Source: an uncultured Acidobacteriota bacterium (lineage in GTDB: Bacteria; Acidobacteriota; Thermoanaerobaculia; UBA5066). Taken from it: a stretch of 64,000 bases of DNA. The stretch lies in contig CAVZYA010000002.1 in the NCBI GenBank assembly GCA_963779415.1, positions 1,184,001 to 1,248,000 of the forward strand, given 5' to 3'. Shown piece by piece: positions 20,183-31,236 of this stretch (the first letter of the stretch is position 1; each line of letters opens with the position of its first letter). A program made the translations under genes and the position numbers. The notes under the pieces are model-generated. The model was given only the letters and a program-made list of their open reading frames with translations, searched no databases and had not been told where the DNA came from.

Positions 20183-20731
20183 TCACTTCTTCGGGAGGAT
20201 CGTCTCGAGCTTCGAGGTCAGCTCGGCGGAGACCGGGTCCACGCGGGAGCCGAATCGCGCCACGATCCTGCCGTCCGGGCCGATCAGGAACTTGTTGAAG
20301 TTCCACGTGATGGCCCCCGCGAACCCCTCCTGCGTCGTGAGCCATCGATAGAGAGGCGCGATGTCGCTCCCCTTGACGCTGATCTTCGAGAAGATCGGAA
20401 ACGTGACGTGGTATTTCGACGTGCAGAACTGCTTGATCTCCGGATCGGTGCCGGGCTCCTGCCAGAGGAAGTTGTTCGCCGGGAAGGCGAGGACGACGAA
20501 GCCCCGGTCCCGGTACTTCTCGTAAAGCTCCTCGAGACCGGCGTACTGCGGCGTGAAGCCGCACTTCGAAGCCGTGTTGACGACGAGGACGACCTGCCCC
20601 TTGAAGGCCGAGAGCGGCTGCTCCACGCCGTCGACCGTCTTCATCGTAAAGTCGAAGAGGGTGGTCGGGGTGGCCGCGGCCGAAGCCCGTGTGACTGCGA
20701 CGAGGGCAAGGAGCGTGACCGCCGTCTTCAT
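20183..20731 (-). CDS. Glutathione peroxidase family (Cys-type), exported
   Basis: Signal peptide, VNTASKCGFT, LAFPANNF, ITWNFNKFLI. Confidence 0.93.
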   Translation of the reverse strand: MKTAVTLLALVAVTRASAAATPTTLFDFTMKTVDGVEQPLSAFKGQVVLVVNTASKCGFTPQYAGLEELYEKYRDRGFVVLAFPANNFLWQEPGTDPEIKQFCTSKYHVTFPIFSKISVKGSDIAPLYRWLTTQEGFAGAITWNFNKFLIGPDGRIVARFGSRVDPVSAELTSKLETILPKK

Positions 20732-20758
20732 GGGTTTCTCTTTTCTCCTTCGGGGAAC

Positions 20759-22513
20759 CTACGACACCGTGGGTGCTGCCGGATGGCACCCGGCCGCCTC
20801 CGGCCGGGTCTCGCCCGACAGCGCCGACGCCTCCAGCACCAGGCTCCGTTGGCGAAACAGCTCGTCCAGCTGCTGTCGGACCGCCGCCTCTCCCTCCTGA
20901 CGGCGGCGGTGGCCCGCATCGACCGCCCCCAGGACGTCCTGCCGCATGCCGTCCAGTCGAACCCGCATTCCCGTCTCGAGCTGCCGGGTCAGTGCGTCTA
21001 TCCAGTCGATGAGGTGCTTGTCGATCTCGTGAAGATTGGTTCGCAGCCACTCCCGGGCGAGCGCCTCGGAACGGTCGGACGCCCTCCGGACGACGGCCCG
21101 CCTCGGGGAAAAAGTATCGAGAATCGGGATCACCCACGCCTCGACATCGAGGGCCTGCACCGGCTCGACGAACTCGAAGATCATCGCCTGCGGATCGATC
21201 GTCAGGACCTCGGGCTCGAAGCGCGCCACGGGGATGTCGAACGCCTTCGCCGCCGCCTCCGCGGTCCGGTCGATCAGGCGGTTGGTCTCGGCGCTCACAC
21301 GCTCGATCTGCTCGGCGCGGTGCCGGTCGAACTCCTCGGTGGCCCGCTTGGCCGAGTCGTCGACGAGCTTCCTGACCTCCCCGTAGGCGATCTCGCGGGC
21401 CATGCCGCGGATGCGCCCGGCACCGGCTCGGCGGCTCCGCCCGGCGGCGCGCTCGACCTCCCGGCCGATCCCGCGGACGACTTCACCCAGGAGTTCGGTC
21501 CCCCGGGCTTCCCACGCCTCCCAATCGAACCCGAAATCGGACTTGACGCGGGTGCACGCCGCGAGGACCAGGTCGTCGATGTCCCGCATGGCTTCGCGGA
21601 AGCCGTCGATCCGGCGGCCGATCTCCTCGAGCGGGGCCACGAGGACGGCGCGCTCGAGGTCGAGCTGCTGCAGCAGGTGGGCTGCGATGTGGCGTATCGC
21701 GCGCCTCGCCGATGCCTGGGCCAGCTCGGCGCCGGAGCGGGTCGCGAGCGCGGACAGCTCGAGGAGGACCGCGGAGACGCCGGGGTCCGCCCCGTCGCGA
21801 AGCGCCGCACGCGCGGAAGCGTGGATCAGGACGCCGGGGTCGTGGCCGAGCGCGCCCTGCAGGACCTGCCGCGTGAACGCCTCGGCCTTCAACCGCGTCG
21901 CCTCGCGCACCCGGTCGGACTTGTTGAGGACGATGCAGAGCCGCCCGACGTCGGGCGCCACGGCCTTTACCAGCCCGAGCTCCTCGCCCGAGATCGGCGG
22001 GTCCGAGCCCAGCACGACGACCGCGACGTCGATGCGGGGCAGGAACGAGCGGGTCACCTCGGAGTTGCTCGTAAAGACGCTTCCGACGCCGGGTGTGTCG
22101 ACGAGCCGGATGCCGGTGGCAAGGAGCGCAGCGGGAAGCTCGATCCGGACGACCCGGACACCCTTCCGGTTGCCCGGGTTCTCCTCCTCGGAGACGAAGA
22201 GGCGGACCTGGTCGACCCCGATCTCCTCCTCGCGACCGTCCTCGAACCGGACGCTCGCGCGCTCGGCCGGACCGTGCTCGACGAGCGTGATCGCGGTGGT
22301 GATGGGCGCCACGTCGGTGGGCAGGAGCTCCCGGCCGAGCAGGGCGTTGATCAGGGTGCTTTTGCCGCGCTTGAACTGACCCATCACCGCGACGTTGAAC
22401 CGACGAAGGGCCAGGGCCTCGCGGATCTCACGTGCCTCGGCGAGAATCCCTTCCTGCTTCCGCTTGCCGGCGACGAGCTCGAGATTCCGTAAGGCCTGTT
22501 GTTCCGCCTGCAT
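20759..22513 (-). CDS. Bacterial dynamin-like GTPase (dynamin B of the pair)
   Basis: G1 GQFKRGKST, G2 PITT, G3 LVDTPG, G4 LNKSD, SEEENPGN; helical C-terminal stalk. Confidence 0.92.
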   Translation of the reverse strand: MQAEQQALRNLELVAGKRKQEGILAEAREIREALALRRFNVAVMGQFKRGKSTLINALLGRELLPTDVAPITTAITLVEHGPAERASVRFEDGREEEIGVDQVRLFVSEEENPGNRKGVRVVRIELPAALLATGIRLVDTPGVGSVFTSNSEVTRSFLPRIDVAVVVLGSDPPISGEELGLVKAVAPDVGRLCIVLNKSDRVREATRLKAEAFTRQVLQGALGHDPGVLIHASARAALRDGADPGVSAVLLELSALATRSGAELAQASARRAIRHIAAHLLQQLDLERAVLVAPLEEIGRRIDGFREAMRDIDDLVLAACTRVKSDFGFDWEAWEARGTELLGEVVRGIGREVERAAGRSRRAGAGRIRGMAREIAYGEVRKLVDDSAKRATEEFDRHRAEQIERVSAETNRLIDRTAEAAAKAFDIPVARFEPEVLTIDPQAMIFEFVEPVQALDVEAWVIPILDTFSPRRAVVRRASDRSEALAREWLRTNLHEIDKHLIDWIDALTRQLETGMRVRLDGMRQDVLGAVDAGHRRRQEGEAAVRQQLDELFRQRSLVLEASALSGETRPEAAGCHPAAPTVS

Positions 22514-22563
22514 GCCGCTCCCCGCGGCCGAGCCCGGCCCGGGCCGCCTGACACCGCCTTACT

Positions 22564-22617
22564 GTGTAGGGGTCATCAGCGGTCGAACGCCGCGATTATG
22601 GCGGACTCCATCGCCGG
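22564..22617 (-). ncRNA. Fluoride riboswitch (crcB motif), copy 1
   Basis: Minus strand reads GGCGAUGGAGUCCGCCAUAAUC-GCGG-CGUUCGA-CCGC-UGAUGACCCCUAC, matching the known consensus (P1 GGCG/CGCC, P2 hairpin, pseudoknot GGAGU/ACCCC with one A-C mismatch). It lies about 50 nt upstream of the dynamin B ATG. Confidence 0.88.
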
Positions 22618-22621
22618 CGGA

Positions 22622-22630
22622 AGCCTAGCA
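22622..22630 (-). promoter_or_regulatory. Extended -10 element upstream of riboswitch 1
   Basis: Minus strand TG-C-TAGGCT ending 6 nt before the aptamer's GGCGAUG. Confidence 0.5.
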
Positions 22631-22701
22631 GCCCGTGAGAAAAGTCGGAAGGGTCGCAAGGGCTCCTGGAATCGGCGTGAGATCTGGACTATGAAGAGGG
22701 G

Positions 22702-23847
22702 ATGAGACGGCGGATTCGCGCGCTCCTCCGGCACCCGGTCGTCCGGATGCTTCTCTTCGAGCGCTTTCTGATCACCGGCTCCGCCACCCTGGCGTTCTCC
22801 GCGCTCGCGATGGGGCGCGTCCGGCCCGGGGAGGTCGGGGCCCTCATGGACTGGCGGATCCTGACGCTCTTTTTCGTCCTGACCGTCGCGGTCGAGCTGG
22901 GGAAGGCCTCCGATCTGTTCGACCGGCTGGTCGTCTTCGTCATTCGGCGCGTCCGTTCGGTGCGAGGGCTGGCCTTCGCCATGGCCGGCGTCACCGGCGG
23001 GCTCTCCGCGATCCTGACGAATGACGTGACGCTCTTCCTCGTCGTGCCGTTCACGATGTCGTTCGGCAGCGTGGACGGGGTCGAACTGCACAAGCTCGTC
23101 GTCATCGAGGTGCTCGCGGCGAACCTCCTCGGCGCCGTCACGCCGATCGGAAACCCGCAGAATCTCTTCCTCTACGCGCGGGGCGGCTTTTCGCCCGCGT
23201 CCTTTCTGGAGACGCAGCTCCCGCTCGTCGGAGCGTCGGCCGTCCTTCTCGCGGCGGCCATTCTTCTCTTCATCCCGCGCCAGGAGATCACGCCGCCGGC
23301 CACCGCGTCGTTCGACGTCGACCCGGTGCTGGCCGGCGGCTTCTTCCTTCTTCTCGCCGCCGAGGTCGGCAGTCTTCTCGGGCCGCTGCCGCATCTCGTT
23401 CCGCTCGCCCTGGCTCTCCCGTCCGCGCTCCTCCTCGGGCGGCGGCTCAAGGAGGCGGACTTCTCGATCGTCATGGTCTTCGCGCTTCTCTTCATCGGCA
23501 TTCCCGGCCTGGAACGGGGCCGGCTCTACCACCACATCGATCCCGGGGTCCTCTTCGGGCACCACGCCGTCGGACTCCTCCTCTCCGGCGCCCTGCTTTC
23601 GCAGCTCGTGTCCAACGTTCCGGCCGCCCTGCTCCTGGCGCCGGCCGTCATGGGGCCGCAGGGGTTCCACGGCCTTCTCTACGGGGTCACGGCCGGGGCG
23701 TGCGGAAGCCCCATCGGCTCGATCGCGAACCTGATCGGGGCTCAGATCTACGTGGCCGAGGGAGGAAATCCCCGAACGTTCTGGCGATTCTTCTGCGGAA
23801 TCTCAGCCGTCATCCTGATTGCGCTCGTCGTCTTCGCGGCTCTCCTG

Positions 23848-23868
<21 letters not shown>
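22702..23868 (+). CDS. ArsB/NhaD/SLC13 (IT superfamily, YbiR-like) anion permease
   Basis: LSAILTNDVTLF, AANLLGAVTPIGNPQNL, SQLVSNVPAA, SPIGSIANLI; polytopic membrane protein. Confidence 0.88.
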
Positions 23869-25961
<2,093 letters not shown>

Positions 25962-25965
25962 TCAC

Positions 25966-28041
25966 TCATGGCGCTCTCGGCGCGGCCTTCATTTCGCCGG
26001 CCTGCGGAGGGGCGTTTCGCTCGAACGGCTCGAGCGCCTGAAGGTCCGCCCGGAGCTTCGCCCGAGCCGCCTGATCCTGGGACGACTCGCCGCCTCGCGC
26101 CTCGCGCGCGAACGGCTCCGTGGCTCCGTGGTAGGCGCCCGCCAGGTGCTCTACGGCGTGGTCGGCCCAGTCCCTCAGCCGGTAGCCGTAGACGCGAAGA
26201 GCCTCGCGGAGCGGAACTCGGTGCGAGCCCTGAAGGCGATTGAGGAGGCGCTGCGCCGCCCACCCGGGTACGACCCCAAGGAGGAGCGGACGGCCGAGCC
26301 TCCGCTCCGGGAGCGGACCCGAAAGGTCCGCGGCGGGGAGCCCGGTGAAGTCCGGCGTGGCACGGCTCGCCGCGAAGACTTCCGAGGCCGCCGGGGCCAC
26401 GGCTGCGGCGGAAGTGGAGAGCCCGCGGTGCAGGCCCCGGAGCGCCTCGACGATGCCGCCGCGGACCGCGCCGGTCAGCAAGTCGGCGGCGAGGCCGACG
26501 AGGGCGCGCGCCTCGAGCGGCCCCGTCTCCCCCTCGTTCCAGCGCCGGACACCGTCCGAGACGGCCGCGATCAGGATCTCTCTCCAGCGCTCCTGGAGCC
26601 CGTCGGCCGCCTGCACGACCGTCCGGTGCGTCTCGGCAACGAGAGCATCCGCGCGGCGCCTCTCCTCGGAGGCGGAGCCGCTCCGGGCACTCGCGCCGTC
26701 GCCGGCGCGCACGCGGAGCGCCGCCGTCACCCCTTCGAGGAGCCGGCCCGCCATCCGGCGGATCGACTCCTCCACCAGCTCCTTCCGGCGCGCGAAGAGC
26801 GGGGCGAGCTTCGTCTCGAACCATTTCTTCACCAGTGGGCGCCCTTCGTCGATCGCGCTGACCAGGCTCACCGAGACGGAGGCCCCGAGCTCTCGCGCCA
26901 GTCCTTCCTCGACGTACCGCTTCACCTTCGATTGCGCTTCCTCGTGCACGAGGTCGGCCTTGCTGATCAGGATTTCCACGGGAATGGCGGCATCCCGGAA
27001 GAGATGGAGCAGTCCCCTCTCGTCCGGCCCGGGGGCCGAGCCGACGTCGAGAAGAAGAAGCGCGAGATCGGTTCGCGGCAGGTAGGCGAAAGCCTCCTCC
27101 GCTCCCGCAGTGGCGAGCGAGCCGATCCCGGGGGTATCGACCAGCTCGACGCCCTCGGGGAGGCCGGGCGCCGGAAAGACGACCTCGAGCCGCGCGACGC
27201 GCTTCACGTTTCCGGGGTTCTCCTCCTCCGAGGCGAGTTCCACGAGACGCGCAAGCGGAAGCGTCTCGCTCCGGCCGTCGGCGTAGCGGACCCGGGCCTC
27301 CGGCGGCGTGCCGACGTGGACACGGGCCGGCACCGCCGTCACCGGCGTCACGCCGACCGGGAGGATCGGCGCCCCGAGCAGGGCGTTGAGGAGCGACGAC
27401 TTTCCCGAGCCGACGCGCCCGAAGACCGCGACGTGGAAGCTCTGCTCCTCCATCCGCTCGAGGAGCGAGCGGAACAGCCGCCGGAACTCCACGAGAGAGT
27501 CCTCGCGGATGACGCGCTCGAGGAGGGAGAGCAGCGCGGGCTCGACGGCGGTCCGGCCGAGTCGTGCGAGGCGGTCTCCGAACTCCTCCTCGGGGCCCCC
27601 GCTCAGAAAGCGCGAAAGATCGCGGAGCGTCCGGTCGATCTCGTCACACGTCCGGTCGACCTCCGCGGCGAGCCGCGGGTCGAGCGCCCCGTAGCCGCGA
27701 AGTCGCCGAGGCCTCACGTCGTCGACCCCGATCGACGCCATTGCCGCCCGGACCGCGATGGCGTGGCGGGCGTCGAGCGGCGATCCGGCGGGATCGAGCC
27801 CGTGCCGCCCGGCGGCGGCGAGGAGCGCCCGGCGCGCTCGCTCGATGTAGTCATTGATCAGACCCGCCTGGGCCGGCGAGATGTCGCCGACGAGCGGGTT
27901 GAAGGGCGACGGATGCCGGACCGCGACGAGGATCCCCTCGATGTCGTCCAGAAGGCCGGCGATGTGCCGTACCGCCGCCGACAGGCTCCGCCGCTGGGAT
28001 TCGTTGAGCCGGGGTTCCGGGCCCTCCGCGGGCGCCGACAT
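25966..28041 (-). CDS. Bacterial dynamin-like GTPase (dynamin A of the pair, with N-terminal helical extension)
   Basis: G1 GRVGSGKSS, G2 PVTAV, G3 LVDTPG, G4 ISKAD, SEEENPGN. Confidence 0.92.
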   Translation of the reverse strand: MSAPAEGPEPRLNESQRRSLSAAVRHIAGLLDDIEGILVAVRHPSPFNPLVGDISPAQAGLINDYIERARRALLAAAGRHGLDPAGSPLDARHAIAVRAAMASIGVDDVRPRRLRGYGALDPRLAAEVDRTCDEIDRTLRDLSRFLSGGPEEEFGDRLARLGRTAVEPALLSLLERVIREDSLVEFRRLFRSLLERMEEQSFHVAVFGRVGSGKSSLLNALLGAPILPVGVTPVTAVPARVHVGTPPEARVRYADGRSETLPLARLVELASEEENPGNVKRVARLEVVFPAPGLPEGVELVDTPGIGSLATAGAEEAFAYLPRTDLALLLLDVGSAPGPDERGLLHLFRDAAIPVEILISKADLVHEEAQSKVKRYVEEGLARELGASVSVSLVSAIDEGRPLVKKWFETKLAPLFARRKELVEESIRRMAGRLLEGVTAALRVRAGDGASARSGSASEERRRADALVAETHRTVVQAADGLQERWREILIAAVSDGVRRWNEGETGPLEARALVGLAADLLTGAVRGGIVEALRGLHRGLSTSAAAVAPAASEVFAASRATPDFTGLPAADLSGPLPERRLGRPLLLGVVPGWAAQRLLNRLQGSHRVPLREALRVYGYRLRDWADHAVEHLAGAYHGATEPFAREARGGESSQDQAARAKLRADLQALEPFERNAPPQAGEMKAAPRAP

Positions 28042-28058
28042 CGCGCCTACTCCGCCCG

Positions 28059-28121
28059 CTACTTCACGACGATGACGGCGCGGCGAACGCTACGGCTATC
28101 GAAGGATTCCGAAACCGGCAC
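28059..28121 (-). CDS. Putative 20-aa leader peptide (MPVSESFDSRSVRRAVIVVK)
   Basis: AGGAG SD, 8-nt spacer and GTG directly after riboswitch 2; TAG stop 17 nt before the dynamin A ATG. Confidence 0.4.
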   Translation of the reverse strand: MPVSESFDSRSVRRAVIVVK

Positions 28122-28139
28122 GGGAGAGACTCCTTTCGT

Positions 28140-28190
28140 CGGTAGGAGTCATCAGCCCGAAGGCGGTTCCGGCGAACTCCATCGCCTCTC
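28140..28190 (-). ncRNA. Fluoride riboswitch (crcB motif), copy 2
   Basis: Minus strand reads GGCGAUGGAGUUCGCCGGAACC-GCC-UUCG-GGC-UGAUGACUCCUAC: canonical P1, UUCG-capped P2 and a perfect GGAGU/ACUCC pseudoknot. It points toward dynamin A-eno, away from crcB. Confidence 0.95.
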
Positions 28191-28199
28191 TTCGGGACG

Positions 28200-28205
28200 A
28201 TTATA
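28200..28205 (-). promoter_or_regulatory. -10 element upstream of riboswitch 2
   Basis: Perfect TATAAT on the minus strand about 13 nt before the aptamer; no convincing -35. Confidence 0.55.
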
Positions 28206-28234
28206 GGGGGTCCGAGTCTGTTAACGTCGCGCCC

Positions 28235-28618
28235 GTGCGGCCCGCTCTCGTCGTCCTCGTCTTCGTCGGCGGCGGCATCGGATCAATCTGCCGCTACGCG
28301 CTGGCGACGAGCCTCCAACGGAGCTTCGCCGGACCGTTTCCGGTCGGCACGTTTGTCGTAAACCTCGCCGGCTGCTTCGCGATCGGCCTCGTCGGGGCGC
28401 TCGGCCTCGAGCGCGCGGCGATCTCCCCCGAGGCGCGTGTCTTCCTGATGGTGGGGATCCTCGGCGGCTTCACCACCTTTTCGTCGTTCACATGGGAAAC
28501 ACTCGGGCTTCTCACCGTGCGCGACATCCTTCGCGCCACGCTCTACGTCATGGGCTCGGTCTTCCTCGGACTCTTCGGCGCGTGGCTCGGGCGGCTCCTC
28601 GGGAGGGTCGGAACATGA
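28235..28618 (+). CDS. crcB: Fluoride channel Fluc/CrcB
   Basis: GGGIGSICRY, PVGTFVVNLAGCF, GILGGFTTFSSF; 4 TM, 127 aa. Confidence 0.97.
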   Translation: MRPALVVLVFVGGGIGSICRYALATSLQRSFAGPFPVGTFVVNLAGCFAIGLVGALGLERAAISPEARVFLMVGILGGFTTFSSFTWETLGLLTVRDILRATLYVMGSVFLGLFGAWLGRLLGRVGT

Positions 28619-28968
28619 AGGATCTCGCGATGGCCAAGCTGCTCCGGATTCACTTCGGAGAGGGGGATCGGGTCCGCCATCAGCCGCTCTATGAAGCGCT
28701 CGTGGCCGAAGCGCGAGCCACGGGCCTCGCCGGGGCCACGGTCCTTCGGGGCATCGAGTCGTACGGGGCGTCGAGCGTCGTCCACCGATCGCGTATCGTC
28801 GAGCTGTCGGAGGACCTTCCGATCGTCGTCGAGATCGTGGATGCCGAGGAGAAGGTCCGGGCCTTTCTCGAGCGCGTCGACCCCCTCCTCGAAGAGGCCG
28901 GGTGCGGCATCCTGATGACAATGGAAAAGGTCGAGATCGTCCGTTACGCGGCGAAGAAGAAGAGCTGA
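28615..28968 (+). CDS. DUF190 (PII-like) protein
   Basis: LLRIHFGEGD, GLAGATVLRGIESYG, LSEDLPIVVEIVD; the usual crcB partner; 4-nt overlap with crcB. Confidence 0.92.
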   Translation: MKDLAMAKLLRIHFGEGDRVRHQPLYEALVAEARATGLAGATVLRGIESYGASSVVHRSRIVELSEDLPIVVEIVDAEEKVRAFLERVDPLLEEAGCGILMTMEKVEIVRYAAKKKS

Positions 28969-28977
28969 GCCGGCGCT

Positions 28978-30105
28978 TCAGCGCGCGGCCTTCTCCACCT
29001 TCCGGATCCGGTTGTTCTGCGCGTCGAGGATGTAGAGATTCCCGTCGCGGTCGAAGCCGAGCCCCGCCGGACCGTTCAGCCGGGCTTTCGTGGCCGGCCC
29101 GCCGTCCCCGTCGAAGCCCGCCATCTCCATCTCGCCATAGCGGTTTACTCGGCCGCTCCCGACGCGCGTCTCGATGATGCCCGTCTTCGCGTCCACGCGC
29201 CGGATGACATTGTTTCCCCAGTCGACGAACCAGATGTCGTCCCCGCGATCGAGGGCGACGGCCGTGGGGTTGTTGAGCCGCGCGGCGAGAGCCGGCCCGT
29301 CGTCTCCCGTGAGGCCGAAGCGCATCGTCCCCGCGATGCGTGTCAGTTCGTCCGTCACGGGGTTCACCTTCATCAGGACGTGATCGTCGGTCGCGGAGAA
29401 GATGACGTCGCCCTTCCCGTCGATCCGGACGGCGGTGGGAAGAGCCAGCCCCGTGTCGGTCCCTTTCCTCGTGTCGATCCGGAGCGAGACCGTACCGTTG
29501 CCGACGATCGTCCGGACGATTCCGGTCTTCGCGTCGACCTCGAGAAGCCGGTCCGCATACGGATCCATGACGAAGAAGTTCCCGGCGGCGTCGAAGGCGA
29601 TGCCGAGGGGACGGCCCACCGGCGTGGCCTTCGCCGTCGAGCCGTCGGCCGTGAACGAGACGAACCCGGTCCCCATGAAGGTGTCGATGACGCCGCTCTT
29701 CGCGTCGATGCGCCGGACTCGGTTGTTTCCGAGGTCCGAGACGTAGAGATTCCCCGCCGCGTCGAACGCGAGGTCGCCCGGCTCCCGGAGCTTCGCCGAC
29801 TTGGCGGGGCCGCCGTCCCCCGAGAAGCCCTCTTCCCCGGTTCCGGCCACGGTGAAGATCCGCCCGCTCTTCCGGTCGATCCGACGGACCCGGTTCGTTC
29901 CGGATTCCGAGAAGACGAGGTTCCCGTCCCGGTCGAAGACGACGCCCGCGGGCGTCCGTCTCAGCATCGAGAGGGGCGACTCGGTGGCGAGGACGCCGTC
30001 GGGCCCCGCGCCCTGCTCTCCGTTGCCGGCGAACGTCGTGATCGTCTGGGCGCCGGCGGCCGCGGCGGAGAGGAGCAGGGAGGCGACGGGGAGGAGGCTT
30101 CTCAT
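28978..30105 (-). CDS. Secreted NHL-repeat beta-propeller protein
   Basis: Signal peptide from ATG 30105; repeated GFSGDGGPA..A.L..P.GLAFD..GNLY..D..NNR(I/V)R. Confidence 0.9.
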   Translation of the reverse strand: MRSLLPVASLLLSAAAAGAQTITTFAGNGEQGAGPDGVLATESPLSMLRRTPAGVVFDRDGNLVFSESGTNRVRRIDRKSGRIFTVAGTGEEGFSGDGGPAKSAKLREPGDLAFDAAGNLYVSDLGNNRVRRIDAKSGVIDTFMGTGFVSFTADGSTAKATPVGRPLGIAFDAAGNFFVMDPYADRLLEVDAKTGIVRTIVGNGTVSLRIDTRKGTDTGLALPTAVRIDGKGDVIFSATDDHVLMKVNPVTDELTRIAGTMRFGLTGDDGPALAARLNNPTAVALDRGDDIWFVDWGNNVIRRVDAKTGIIETRVGSGRVNRYGEMEMAGFDGDGGPATKARLNGPAGLGFDRDGNLYILDAQNNRIRKVEKAAR

Positions 30106-30154
30106 CTCCGCCGATTCTGTCAGAGGTCCCCGTCGGGCACGGTAGCATCGCGCC

Positions 30155-31186
30155 ATGGGGACGCCCGGGTCCGTTCTCCGCCGCGAGATCGCGGAACAGC
30201 CGGATGCCGTGGCGCGCCTCCTTTCCCGCGAAGGAGCGCGGGTCGCGCGCCTCGCGGCGCCGATCCGCCGCTCCGGCGTCCGCTTCGTCCTCGTCGCCGC
30301 GCGCGGGACCTCCGACAACGCGGCCCGCTACTCGCAATACCTCTTCGGCATCCTGGACGGCCTTCCGGTCGCGCTCGCGGCCCCCTCGCTCACGACTCTT
30401 TACGGGCGCCCTCCGGATCCGCGGGGCGGCCTCGTCATCGGGATCTCGCAGTCGGGGCGCTCGCCCGACATCGTGGAGACCATCGCCGCCGCGCGGCGGA
30501 GAGGGGCGCCGACCCTCGCGATCGTCAACGACCCGGAGAGCCCGCTCGCCCGCGCCGCCTCCGAGGTGATCCCGCTTCACGCCGGCGAGGAGCGGAGCGT
30601 CGCGGCGACGAAAAGCTACACGACGCAGCTCGCGGCGGTGGCGCTCCTCGCCCTGTCGCTCGCGGGGAAGCGAGCGCTTCTGAAGAAGCTCGCCGCCGTT
30701 CCCGAGGCGATGGCCGTTGCCCTCGCGACCGATCCGGCCGTCCGCCGGATGGCGCGGTGCCTCGCCACGGCGTCGCGTGCGGTCGTCCTCGCCCGTGGAA
30801 TCAACTACCCGACCGCATGGGAGATCGCTCTGAAGCTGAAGGAGCTGGCGCTGATCCTCGCCGAGCCCTATTCGTCGGCCGATTTCCAGCACGGACCGAT
30901 CGCGCTCGCCGAGCCGGATCTCCCGGCCATCCTCGTCTCGGCGCCCGGGGGCCGCCCCGAGCGGGAGCTGCTCGCTCTCGCCCGGAAGCTGCGGGAGCGC
31001 GGGAGCCCGCTTTTTCCGATCGGCCTCCCTCTCCCCGGGGCGATTCCGCTCCCCCAGACGCCGGAGCTTCTCTCGCCCCTCGTCGCCGTCCTCCCCGGAC
31101 AGCTCCTCGCGTTCCACGCGGCGCGCGCGCGGGGTCTCGATCCGGACGCTCCGCGCGGCCTGAAGAAGGTCACCGAGACGCTCTGA
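30155..31186 (+). CDS. Double-SIS-domain sugar-phosphate isomerase/deaminase (GlmS C-terminal-like)
   Basis: REIAEQP, ARGTSDNAA, GISQSGRSPD, VAATKSY, LKLKE, PRGLKKVTET; no glutaminase domain. Confidence 0.88.
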   Translation: MGTPGSVLRREIAEQPDAVARLLSREGARVARLAAPIRRSGVRFVLVAARGTSDNAARYSQYLFGILDGLPVALAAPSLTTLYGRPPDPRGGLVIGISQSGRSPDIVETIAAARRRGAPTLAIVNDPESPLARAASEVIPLHAGEERSVAATKSYTTQLAAVALLALSLAGKRALLKKLAAVPEAMAVALATDPAVRRMARCLATASRAVVLARGINYPTAWEIALKLKELALILAEPYSSADFQHGPIALAEPDLPAILVSAPGGRPERELLALARKLRERGSPLFPIGLPLPGAIPLPQTPELLSPLVAVLPGQLLAFHAARARGLDPDAPRGLKKVTETL

Positions 31187-31236
31187 CGCTCCGGTCCGTG
31201 GAGGCCCTTCGCGAGGCGTGATGATAGGGTCGCGGC

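Noticed and set aside
20183-20731. Selenocysteine glutathione peroxidase
   Set aside because: The active-site codon is TGC (Cys) in an uninterrupted ORF.
28140-28618. Riboswitch 2 as the regulator of crcB
   Set aside because: The aptamer is on the minus strand and crcB on the plus strand, so it is not in the crcB transcript.
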